From an uncultured virus (IMG/VR IMGVR_UViG_3300032218_002295) (lineage: Duplodnaviria; Heunggongvirae; Uroviricota; Caudoviricetes): 64,000 nucleotides of DNA. Location of the stretch: the IMG/VR virus record IMGVR_UViG_3300032218_002295. One strand, 5' to 3'. The translations under genes were made by a program, and so were the position numbers. Shown in pieces: positions 47,896 to 55,979 of the stretch (positions within the stretch are counted from its first letter, which is position 1; every line of letters begins with the position of its first letter). A model generated the notes under the pieces. It had not been told where the DNA came from and did not search any database. It worked only from the letters and a program-made list of their open reading frames with translations.

Positions 47896-48185
47896 TGTCA
47901 AAATCTTGTACATTTTGCGGTAATAAAGAAGACCACTATGGAAAAGGCACCCTACCTTTAAGACGAATTGGCGGTGTAGGGAACGTATGCTCTGACTGTA
48001 GCCAAAATAGCTCGGACAGAGAACTTCGTGACAATAAAAGATATAACAATGCAATGACCCGAGCAATTATTGGCCCAAAGAAACCAAAAGAAAAGGGCCC
48101 ACAAAAAGGCGGCAGCGTAAAGTCCTCCGGAGTGTGCCGGGGTTGCAACGTTCTTAGATCTTTAAGCGGGGAGTGTGCCTGCTAA
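47895..48185 (+). CDS. Cys-rich basic protein
   Basis: CTFC, CSDC, CRGC, terminal CAC. Confidence 0.6.
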   Translation: MSKSCTFCGNKEDHYGKGTLPLRRIGGVGNVCSDCSQNSSDRELRDNKRYNNAMTRAIIGPKKPKEKGPQKGGSVKSSGVCRGCNVLRSLSGECAC

Positions 48186-48361
48186 TGGACGAAAACTACA
48201 ACTTACCCACTATTTATGACGGATCAAAGCTCTGCCATCGCTGTGGAGCCCTGATGAACCCCCTAACCAGCGCATATGCCGGTCCTACAGGGGTTTGCCC
48301 AAATTGCCGCAATCAAATGCAAAAAAAGAATCTTAAAAATGCCATGTCAAAAGGGCGCTAA
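48185..48361 (+). CDS. Zinc-finger microprotein
   Basis: CHRC...CPNC; TAATG coupling. Confidence 0.6.
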   Translation: MDENYNLPTIYDGSKLCHRCGALMNPLTSAYAGPTGVCPNCRNQMQKKNLKNAMSKGR

Positions 48362-48402
48362 ACCCCGTAGACTATACACCTACAATTTGAAAGGAATTAA
48401 CC

Positions 48403-49062
48403 ATGGTAGTAAAGACAGCTATAGGAAGCCCAGATGAGGGTCCTAAGAAAAAGGGCTATGGAATTCCTGATAAAGATAAAAAAGGTTTAAAGCCTAAAAA
48501 TGACTATAAGTCTATGGGCGAAACTCGTGAAGCAAGAAACCATAGCAATGAACTTCCTGCCAAAAAGGAAGATCTTGATTACGAAAAATTTAAACAAGAT
48601 TATATAAAGCACAAATCTCATCTTGATAAACAAAGGTATAACGGATACCAAGCTCCTGATGGATCTTGGCACGGCCACCCACTTTCTGAGTCAGCAATTA
48701 AAGCACACCATAAGTGGAGCAAGATGACTCGTGAACAACAACAAAAGCATACTGAGCGTGAGAAACAACATAGAAACATGATGAACAAGCGGCCTGATAA
48801 GCAGCATGAGCAGCAACTACCAAAACCTAAGGAACTACCAAAAACTTCAAAACCTGGTTGGGATCATCCATCTCCAAAGACCCCAGCTTCTCGTCTTCAA
48901 GATGAATTAAAGAAAAAGTCATCTTCAGTTAAGGTTGTAAAAAATGCAATTAAGAAGCCTGAAGATAAAGAAAAAGAAAAAGCAAATAAGCTTAAGAAGA
49001 AGTCTCCTACTTCTCGTGCACGCGCACTTCTTTCTAAGACAAAAAAGAAAAAGAATAAGTAA
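48403..49062 (+). CDS. Lys/His-rich basic protein
   Basis: AAAGGA SD; very basic, low complexity. Confidence 0.65.
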   Translation: MVVKTAIGSPDEGPKKKGYGIPDKDKKGLKPKNDYKSMGETREARNHSNELPAKKEDLDYEKFKQDYIKHKSHLDKQRYNGYQAPDGSWHGHPLSESAIKAHHKWSKMTREQQQKHTEREKQHRNMMNKRPDKQHEQQLPKPKELPKTSKPGWDHPSPKTPASRLQDELKKKSSSVKVVKNAIKKPEDKEKEKANKLKKKSPTSRARALLSKTKKKKNK

Positions 49063-49388
49063 TGTCTAAACCACGTAGAGAGATGAACCCACGTCGCACA
49101 GCTAAGTCTATTCGTAGTCACGAAAATACTATGGAAGCCTATGGAAATGCTTCTGGTTGGATGAGATTAAACGGCAAAGCTTTTGATAACAAGTACGAGA
49201 CTCATGATATTGGCGCTATCCCTTTCTTAGAACGCGGTGACAGGTCTTCTGGAGATATTATTCACCCTAAGAATAGTAATCCTCGCCTCTACGCGGAAAT
49301 GGGCGCTATTATGAAGTCTGATAGTGAAAAGTCACGTATTGGACATACAATTGGTAAAGGCCATGTAGCTAAGGTTTATAACTCATGA
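49062..49388 (+). CDS. MSKPRRE-leader paralogue 1
   Basis: Shared N-terminus MSKPRREMNPRRTAKS. Confidence 0.75.
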   Translation: MSKPRREMNPRRTAKSIRSHENTMEAYGNASGWMRLNGKAFDNKYETHDIGAIPFLERGDRSSGDIIHPKNSNPRLYAEMGAIMKSDSEKSRIGHTIGKGHVAKVYNS

Positions 49389-49765
49389 GTAAACCACGTA
49401 GAGAAATGAACCCACGTCGCACAGCTAAGTCAGTTCGTAGACATGAGGCTACAATGGCAGCTTACGACAGGCAAATAACAACCCCAATGAAGTACTTAGA
49501 CAGCAATCATTGGCCTCCAGCAAGGACGGGAGATTTTCGCCCAGTTGGTCATGGCGATGAAATGATTACCCCTGGTATGGGTCACGTTACAACTTACCAG
49601 GTAAATATAGCCCCAAGTGGTAGGTATCGTGGTATTGATTTAACTCGTAGAGGTACTGCAGGAATAGGTGATACAAATAACCGTTCTAATCTTTTTAACA
49701 AAAAAAATACATACATTCAAAAATCGGTTAATAAAATATTAAAAAAAGAAAAAGAAAAAGAGTAA
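49385..49765 (+). CDS. MSKPRRE-leader paralogue 2
   Basis: Shared N-terminus. Confidence 0.75.
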   Translation: MSKPRREMNPRRTAKSVRRHEATMAAYDRQITTPMKYLDSNHWPPARTGDFRPVGHGDEMITPGMGHVTTYQVNIAPSGRYRGIDLTRRGTAGIGDTNNRSNLFNKKNTYIQKSVNKILKKEKEKE

Positions 49766-49768
49766 ATA

Positions 49769-50134
49769 ATGTCTAAACCACGTAGAGAAATGAGCCCACG
49801 TCGTGTAGCTAAGTCTGTCCGTACTCATGAGGCAACAATGAAAGCTTACTCTAACGCTTCTGGTTGGGAGCGATATGACGACATGGCCGGAAGAATTTTG
49901 CCTGTAAAAGGCGATACTCACGGTTTTGGTGATCAAAATAATCGTGGATTTAATGTAGGTAAAGGTCACGCAAAAACTTCACACATTTTAAAAGATATGC
50001 GGGAATACAAAAAAGAAGTGCCCGAAGGTTATGAAGCAGAAGATGTAACTCATGCCCTAAGAGTTGCTAAAGATACTCACTATCAAAAATTAAAAGCAGA
50101 AGACGCTAAAATAGCAAAGAAAAGGTACATATAA
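49769..50134 (+). CDS. MSKPRRE-leader paralogue 3
   Basis: Shared N-terminus. Confidence 0.75.
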   Translation: MSKPRREMSPRRVAKSVRTHEATMKAYSNASGWERYDDMAGRILPVKGDTHGFGDQNNRGFNVGKGHAKTSHILKDMREYKKEVPEGYEAEDVTHALRVAKDTHYQKLKAEDAKIAKKRYI

Positions 50135-50415
50135 TGGCAACTAACGAAACACGCTCACTTAATGAAAGCTTAAATAATGGAGCAACTGACGGGAAGTACC
50201 GCAAGGTTCGTCCTAATACAGAGGTAGATCCTGGCATGGGTGATGAGATCGTTCGCGCTAACCGCCGTGACCTACATCCTTACTGGAACTATGACTATAT
50301 TGATCAAGAGTCATCTTCAATGGTAAATCCACTTAAGAAGACGGCTTCAGGTTCAGCACGCCCAGGTTCTGACGTACTTAACGTCAATGAGAATCAAATG
50401 GGAGCTAACTACTAG
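50134..50415 (+). CDS. Hypothetical protein
   Basis: Coupled TAATG; DGKYRKVRP motif. Confidence 0.65.
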   Translation: MATNETRSLNESLNNGATDGKYRKVRPNTEVDPGMGDEIVRANRRDLHPYWNYDYIDQESSSMVNPLKKTASGSARPGSDVLNVNENQMGANY

Positions 50416-50416
50416 T

Positions 50417-50560
50417 GTGGAAGACAAAGTAACACGTCGTAATCGACAGTTAGAAACCTTCAAAGCTCAAAAAGCTAAGATTATTAAGGAGAGAGAGTTT
50501 AAAGCCTCTCTCCCTAAAAGTGTTGTCTATTTACCGGATAGAATGAAGAAGAATGCCTAA
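50417..50560 (+). CDS. Small basic hypothetical protein (47 aa)
   Basis: Read by hand; GTG start with GGGAG upstream; fills the gap. Confidence 0.45.
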   Translation: MEDKVTRRNRQLETFKAQKAKIIKEREFKASLPKSVVYLPDRMKKNA

Positions 50561-51584
50561 AAAAGGTGCGTTAGGCGGGGGTCAATCCCAAGTCTATGAA
50601 AGATGTGTTGGCCCAAAATGTGAGGGCAAAAACACTCCTGCACGAAAGCTTATAGGTTTACAGGCCATGGATAACTCTGGTGGCCGAATTAATTTTTATC
50701 CAGTATGTAAAGACTGTGAAACAACCTCTAAAGCTAATGCTCAAGCACGCAAATTACCGCCCCCTGTTTCTCATAACTTAACTAAAGAAGCCGCATATGT
50801 ATATAGAGAACAGCTTGATGCTGAAGCAAAGGGCGAGTTTAAAAATCTTAAGAAAAAAGTTAATGAAATAAAGCCCGGTACCGGAAATAGGTTGGCACCA
50901 CCAGAAAATCAAAATTCATCTGAAATTATTAATCCAGATCCTCATGGACGTATGGAGCATTACTACTTTGCTCAGGCTCCACATGAACGTGAACTTACAA
51001 AACGTGACCCTAACTATCAAAAACGCTCTTCTAGACCTGGAGATAAGCGTAACAAAGAATTAGACGAGATGCCAGAAGAGCGGGTAAAAGAGCCTATTGG
51101 TCAAAGACCACTTCTTCAAAAAGGCACTGCTAAATTACAAAAACGCCTTACTGAAGAGCAAAAGGGTAAGCTTATAGAGCAAGAAGCCGCAGTGAATGAA
51201 CGCACCCCACATACCTCAGGTCCATATACAGAGCTTAGCCCTAGAACTACAAAATCTGGTAAGAAATCTCGTAGAACAAAAGATAGAACTACATGGATAG
51301 GAAACCCAGATCCAGGAACTCGACGCCCTACAAAACAAGGCGGAGATCTATGGAAATCAGATGAAAATATTACTAGTGTTCAAGAAGCTAGATTAAGAGC
51401 TGCTGATCCGACAAGAATGGCCGGAAACGTATTTAAAGGCGGAGTAAAGCCAAAACTTATTGAATTACCTACGGGTAAAAAAGTTAGCTTGGACGAACAT
51501 CTTGGGGCTATTGAGCGGGCTCAAAAAGATCGTCATAACTTTGAACTTTTGAAGAAGGAGAAAAAACGTGGCAAGAAAGCGTAA
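50553..51584 (+). CDS. Basic hypothetical protein with N-terminal Cys cluster
   Basis: C....C and CKDC, then a charged low-complexity region. Confidence 0.65.
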   Translation: MPKKGALGGGQSQVYERCVGPKCEGKNTPARKLIGLQAMDNSGGRINFYPVCKDCETTSKANAQARKLPPPVSHNLTKEAAYVYREQLDAEAKGEFKNLKKKVNEIKPGTGNRLAPPENQNSSEIINPDPHGRMEHYYFAQAPHERELTKRDPNYQKRSSRPGDKRNKELDEMPEERVKEPIGQRPLLQKGTAKLQKRLTEEQKGKLIEQEAAVNERTPHTSGPYTELSPRTTKSGKKSRRTKDRTTWIGNPDPGTRRPTKQGGDLWKSDENITSVQEARLRAADPTRMAGNVFKGGVKPKLIELPTGKKVSLDEHLGAIERAQKDRHNFELLKKEKKRGKKA

Positions 51585-52095
51585 ACTCATACCTTCTACA
51601 ACAAATGTAAAGACTTCAGGCAAGGGAAAAATTACTGTAAAAGGTAAGGCCGTACCTAAAGCTGGACTTGAAAAAGCAATGGCTAAAAATTATGAAGTTA
51701 ATAGATCTTTAAATGCTGAAATGATTACTTCTATTGCTACAAAAGAAAAGGGTGGAATGCCCTTAAATGAGTATGCAGCTGATAACTTTATGATGTCTAA
51801 AAAACGTTGGAATTTTTCTAAGCCTGGTCGTTCTAGAGCTAAATTTCTGGCCACTCTTCCTTATTCTGAGGTTAGTCCACCACCTGTTGAAAAGCCAAAA
51901 GAAAAGGTAAAAAGTGGGGATATTGAATTAACTTCAGCCCAAGCTAAGTATGAAGCTAAGCTAGATCCTAGGCTTGAAAATATTCATGAAGAATACTTAC
52001 GTAACCGTAATATACCTATCTCGAAACCTAAAAAAGAAAAACCAGCCGGACCTAGCCTAGAAGAACGTACCAAGGTGGGTCGTAGACCAAAATAG
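51568..52095 (+). CDS. Basic hypothetical protein
   Basis: AAGGAG SD before GTG. Confidence 0.65.
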   Translation: MARKRKLIPSTTNVKTSGKGKITVKGKAVPKAGLEKAMAKNYEVNRSLNAEMITSIATKEKGGMPLNEYAADNFMMSKKRWNFSKPGRSRAKFLATLPYSEVSPPPVEKPKEKVKSGDIELTSAQAKYEAKLDPRLENIHEEYLRNRNIPISKPKKEKPAGPSLEERTKVGRRPK

Positions 52096-52113
52096 ATCTG
52101 ATAGACTCGGGGC

Positions 52114-52683
52114 ATGAGTGATTTATTTAAAGGTGCAAAAAGCCCCTCCGACCTAGGCGGGGAATATATTCACGTAGAAGACAAGGGTCCTAAGATCCGT
52201 CTTCTATATTGCTATAACTGCACAACCATCGAAGAGCTTCCTGATTTTGAAGGTCGTCCAGAAGATGATATCTTGCTAGAGCTTATGATAGAAAAGCATC
52301 AAAGTGCTGGAATCCCTCATAATGGTTTCTTGTCTAAAATTGGTGTTCATATTTGGTCACAAGAGAAATTTCGTAAAGAAATTATCAAAAACCTACGCAC
52401 AAAGGTGGGTGGGGGTTTAGCAGATATCGATCCAGAATACTATAGCACCAAGGCAACATTTGCCGAAGATGCTATGAAATGCTACAATCTACATCTTCGT
52501 CCAGTAGATGGGTGTTATGATTACGCTTCTGAGAAAAAGAAGCTTATTCCTAAAACTCAAGCTGAACGCAAGGAGTTGGGGCTCGCAGCTTCTACTAGTA
52601 ATATCTACCTATGTGATTTTTGCCCAGTCAAATCTCACGTAGTAACGCAACAGCGTAAACAAGCCGGCATGTACAAAGACTAG
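52114..52683 (+). CDS. Probable zinc-binding protein (leaderless)
   Basis: TAGACT-6nt-ATG; CYNC, H..H, C...H...C, CDFCP. Confidence 0.7.
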   Translation: MSDLFKGAKSPSDLGGEYIHVEDKGPKIRLLYCYNCTTIEELPDFEGRPEDDILLELMIEKHQSAGIPHNGFLSKIGVHIWSQEKFRKEIIKNLRTKVGGGLADIDPEYYSTKATFAEDAMKCYNLHLRPVDGCYDYASEKKKLIPKTQAERKELGLAASTSNIYLCDFCPVKSHVVTQQRKQAGMYKD

Positions 52684-52692
52684 GAATATAAA

Positions 52693-53043
52693 ATGACAGA
52701 AGAAAACAACGTTGAAGATGCTTATGTAATTACAGATGCTCTACCAGGAGCTTCTGCAACTGAAGAAGATCAGGTTGAAGTAACAATGGATGGTCCAAAG
52801 ATTAAGTTTGGTATTGCAATCCTTGTTGATGATAACGGTAATATGTACTTGGAGCGCAATCCACGTGCCTTTAACCTTCCAGTAGAGCGTGAAGCTACCA
52901 TGATTGAAGTTCGCCGTTATGCTGCGGATGTAGTTATGGATATTCAGGCACAAGCTGCTGGCGAATACTCATTAGCAAATTGGAAGCGTGCACAGGAAGA
53001 AGCAGCAGCGCCTGCACCTGAAACACCAGCAACCGAAGAGTAA
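52693..53043 (+). CDS. Acidic hypothetical protein
   Basis: AGGA SD. Confidence 0.65.
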   Translation: MTEENNVEDAYVITDALPGASATEEDQVEVTMDGPKIKFGIAILVDDNGNMYLERNPRAFNLPVEREATMIEVRRYAADVVMDIQAQAAGEYSLANWKRAQEEAAAPAPETPATEE

Positions 53044-53094
53044 TTAGGGGAACTATCCCTAGACATACACCCGATTAGGTTGGAGAATACTCTT

Positions 53095-54015
53095 ATGGAT
53101 AGCGCAAAGTTTGAGCCCGTAACAGAATTCGAACCTGGTTCGACTTCTTACTTTAGTGCGCCAAGTTCTAATTTAGATCCCAACCTATTTTTTGGTGACA
53201 GAATCAAGCCTTGGGTACGTAATAACGTAACCCGAATGCTGTTTGAATACCTTGCTGTTCGATACACCGAACCCGCCAAATGGGCACGCCTATGGTTGGC
53301 GGGTTCCGGTGTTTCGTACCAATGGTCAGCAGAAAGAGATCCAGGAGATCTAGACTGTTTGGTTGGAATTAATTATCCGGTCTTTAGAAAACTCAACTAT
53401 GAGTATGCTGGATTTTCAGACGCTGAAATTGCATCTATGTTTAACGAAGACTTTAATACAGATCTTTTGCCTAAAACAAAAAACTGGCATGGTTATGAGC
53501 TCACTTACTATGTAAACGCTCAGTCAGATATTCGGGATTTAAATCCTTATGCAGCTTACGACTTAACCTCAGATGACTGGACGGTAGAACCGGATCCATC
53601 AGCCCATGCTCCATACTCAAAGGCTTGGGAACAACAGTCTCAAAGAGACTATGATACTGCGACTGAGCTCCTAGCTAGATATTCCTCTGCCTTAGCGGAT
53701 ATTAAATCTGCCCCCAACGATGCGTACAGAATTAACGCAGAGCGTAGATTAAAGTTGGCTGTAGATCAAGCCGTAGCATTTTTTGATGATATTCATAGTG
53801 GTCGTAAAATTGCTTTTAGCAGAGTAGGATCGGGTTACTCAGACTTTCATAATTACCGCTGGCAAGCTGGTAAAAAGTCCGGTGTTGTTCAGGCTTTAAA
53901 AGCTATAAAACAATACAAGACAGAAGTTGAAAAGAGTAATCAGTTAGATACATACGGTGTAGAGTTACCAGGAATTCGAACCCTTATTAGGAGAGCGGTA
54001 CGTAAAGAACCATGA
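53095..54015 (+). CDS. Pol-beta-superfamily nucleotidyltransferase
   Basis: LAGSGVSYQW...GDLDCLV (GS, DxD) and a distal ELTYYVN strand; start likely ATG 53095 after TAGACA-17-GAGAAT-6. Confidence 0.75.
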   Translation: MDSAKFEPVTEFEPGSTSYFSAPSSNLDPNLFFGDRIKPWVRNNVTRMLFEYLAVRYTEPAKWARLWLAGSGVSYQWSAERDPGDLDCLVGINYPVFRKLNYEYAGFSDAEIASMFNEDFNTDLLPKTKNWHGYELTYYVNAQSDIRDLNPYAAYDLTSDDWTVEPDPSAHAPYSKAWEQQSQRDYDTATELLARYSSALADIKSAPNDAYRINAERRLKLAVDQAVAFFDDIHSGRKIAFSRVGSGYSDFHNYRWQAGKKSGVVQALKAIKQYKTEVEKSNQLDTYGVELPGIRTLIRRAVRKEP

Positions 54016-54476
54016 CAGCATTGGTCTCACTAGACGGGGTTCTTAGAACCGAAGTTGGAGATCCAATTCATGAGGGCCTAAAACTTTACCGAGTACTCGC
54101 AACCAGTTATAGAACTGTAATTGCCACAGATGGCACCAAAGAAGAGGCCGAACACTGGCTTCGAGGAAATATGATTGTCGGCTATGCCGATATTATTGAT
54201 AATACTTCCGCCTTTCAAGGCCAAGATTTGCGTATGCGTCAGCTTGGAATTGTTAGAACTTTAGGCTTAGTAGAGCTATTTGTCGATTCGGATGTTGATA
54301 GGTGTAAAGCTGCCTATACCAATGGGGTTACATCCCTATTATTTGCCTCACCTAAGTTTGTCAGAACTAAACGTCAAGTAAAGCCTTGGGATGAGTTAAA
54401 AGACGAGGTAGAGAAGCAAAAAGAACTACGAGCTAAGCTACAATTTGATGATCTATCAGCATTTAGGTGGGAATAA
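54012..54476 (+). CDS. HAD-fold protein (PNKP/5'-nucleotidase-like) with degenerate motif I
   Basis: VSLDGVLR, IATDG, AEHWL, LFVDSD. Confidence 0.65.
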   Translation: MTALVSLDGVLRTEVGDPIHEGLKLYRVLATSYRTVIATDGTKEEAEHWLRGNMIVGYADIIDNTSAFQGQDLRMRQLGIVRTLGLVELFVDSDVDRCKAAYTNGVTSLLFASPKFVRTKRQVKPWDELKDEVEKQKELRAKLQFDDLSAFRWE

Positions 54477-55945
54477 TGGATATTGTATTTCTGGGTGGCG
54501 AAGTACCTTCCCATAGAAAGCTTCTTGAAGAAGCTGGAGTAAAACATATAGGCGTGAATTACCACCGCCTAGTAAAGCGTGGGTTGCCAAAAACTAAGGA
54601 CTATTTGTTATTTGAGCATTTTAACGATAGCGTATCAGTTTATGTAAATGCCAAAATCAACAAAGAGACCGAGCTGACCCGGGAAGAGCTTTTTGACTTT
54701 AGTGCTGACTATGAGGACTGGGTAGCCATCAATGATGAGAGGATTTCTTATGCTATGGAGTTTAACTCTACAGTTTTAGGGCCAGAGCATACCAATAATG
54801 AACGCAATACTTTCTGGGATGAATTTGGATCTGATCGTTTTATTCCCATTTGGGAATATGAAATGGGCCATACAGAGTTGCATCGTTTAGCAAACCTTTA
54901 CCCCAATATTGGCATTACAGGATCTTCACTAGAACAAGATAAGGCGCTTGCAGGTATCACACGGGCTCTCAACACCCAATTTGGGACTCAATTCCATGCC
55001 ATAGGCTCAATGAGCCCAGAAAACCTACGACAGGTCCCATTTGCCTCTGTAAGTACCCTAGCGTGGTTATCGCCCATGATGCGAGGTGAAACTATCGTCT
55101 GGGATGGAACTAAGCTGCTTCGTTACCCAAAGCGTATGAAAGATCAAGCTCGTCCACGTTATAAATCTATTATTGAAAAGGCCGGGTTAGATTACTCTTT
55201 GATCATGGCCGATGATTCTAATGAGATTACAAAATTAGCTATCTGGTCGTATTTACAGCTCGAAGCGTTCATTAATGAACGTAAACCCCACCTGTTATCT
55301 GATAACAGTGTGTTTAAAGATGATCCAGGAGATGCGGAAACAGGGGGTATAGAACCTGATAATAGTGCCCCTGAGATGCGGAAAGAATTAGAGGAGAGAG
55401 ATCCTTCTGAGCTTCGTCCATTGCCTGTTTTTTCTGTTTCCAGCAAAACGGTACTCGAGAAAGATGAGCTTGGAAGAGATATAATTCGAGATGTCCCAGT
55501 TCTGTCAAGCTCTTCAGCTTCTCTGCGACAGTGCAACACCTGCTTTGTAGCTACAAATTGCCCAGCTTTTAAGCCTAACAATTCTTGCGTATTCAACCTG
55601 CCAGTAGAGGTAAAAACTAAGGATCAACTTAAGTCTTTACTTAATACAATCATTGAAATACAAGGCTCTAGAGTAGCTTTTGCTCGTTTTGCAGAAGAAT
55701 TGAACGGCGGATATCCTGACCCAAATACTAGCCAGGAAATTGATCGCCTCTTTAAAATTGTCAAGCAATTGAAGGAACTGGAGGAAAACAAAGAGTTTGT
55801 TCGTATGACGGTAGAGCGACAGACCTCTGGTGGTGTAATGTCGGCCCTGTTCGGGGACCGAGCTAACACCTTGAGGGAGCTGCCAAACGATGGTTTATCT
55901 GAGGTTGAGGTTACACAAATCCTCTCAGATAACCTCGAAAACTAG
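54476..55945 (+). CDS. TGT/DpdA-like TIM-barrel protein with C-terminal Cys cluster
   Basis: FIPIW, IGITG, FHAIG, FASVSTLAW pattern of phage TGT-like proteins; CNTC...NCP...SC. Confidence 0.5.
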   Translation: MDIVFLGGEVPSHRKLLEEAGVKHIGVNYHRLVKRGLPKTKDYLLFEHFNDSVSVYVNAKINKETELTREELFDFSADYEDWVAINDERISYAMEFNSTVLGPEHTNNERNTFWDEFGSDRFIPIWEYEMGHTELHRLANLYPNIGITGSSLEQDKALAGITRALNTQFGTQFHAIGSMSPENLRQVPFASVSTLAWLSPMMRGETIVWDGTKLLRYPKRMKDQARPRYKSIIEKAGLDYSLIMADDSNEITKLAIWSYLQLEAFINERKPHLLSDNSVFKDDPGDAETGGIEPDNSAPEMRKELEERDPSELRPLPVFSVSSKTVLEKDELGRDIIRDVPVLSSSSASLRQCNTCFVATNCPAFKPNNSCVFNLPVEVKTKDQLKSLLNTIIEIQGSRVAFARFAEELNGGYPDPNTSQEIDRLFKIVKQLKELEENKEFVRMTVERQTSGGVMSALFGDRANTLRELPNDGLSEVEVTQILSDNLEN

Positions 55946-55979
55946 TTTTACTATTATCTGATAACAGTCGAGTTTTAGC

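Larger units (their letters stand above)
49062..49815 (+). repeat. Three ~47-bp direct repeats at the gene starts 49062, 49385 and 49769
   Basis: atg(tct/agt)aaaccacgtagaga(g/a)atga(a/g)cccacgtcg..agctaagtc. Confidence 0.9.

Noticed and set aside
49062..49815. CRISPR array or DGR template/variable repeats
   Set aside because: Repeats are coding, 320-390 bp apart, differences are not adenine-specific, and there is no reverse transcriptase in the window
54476..55945. Complete 7-deazaguanine DNA modification pathway
   Set aside because: No folE/queD/queE/queC in the window and the TGT-like catalytic aspartates look altered; kept only as a hypothesis
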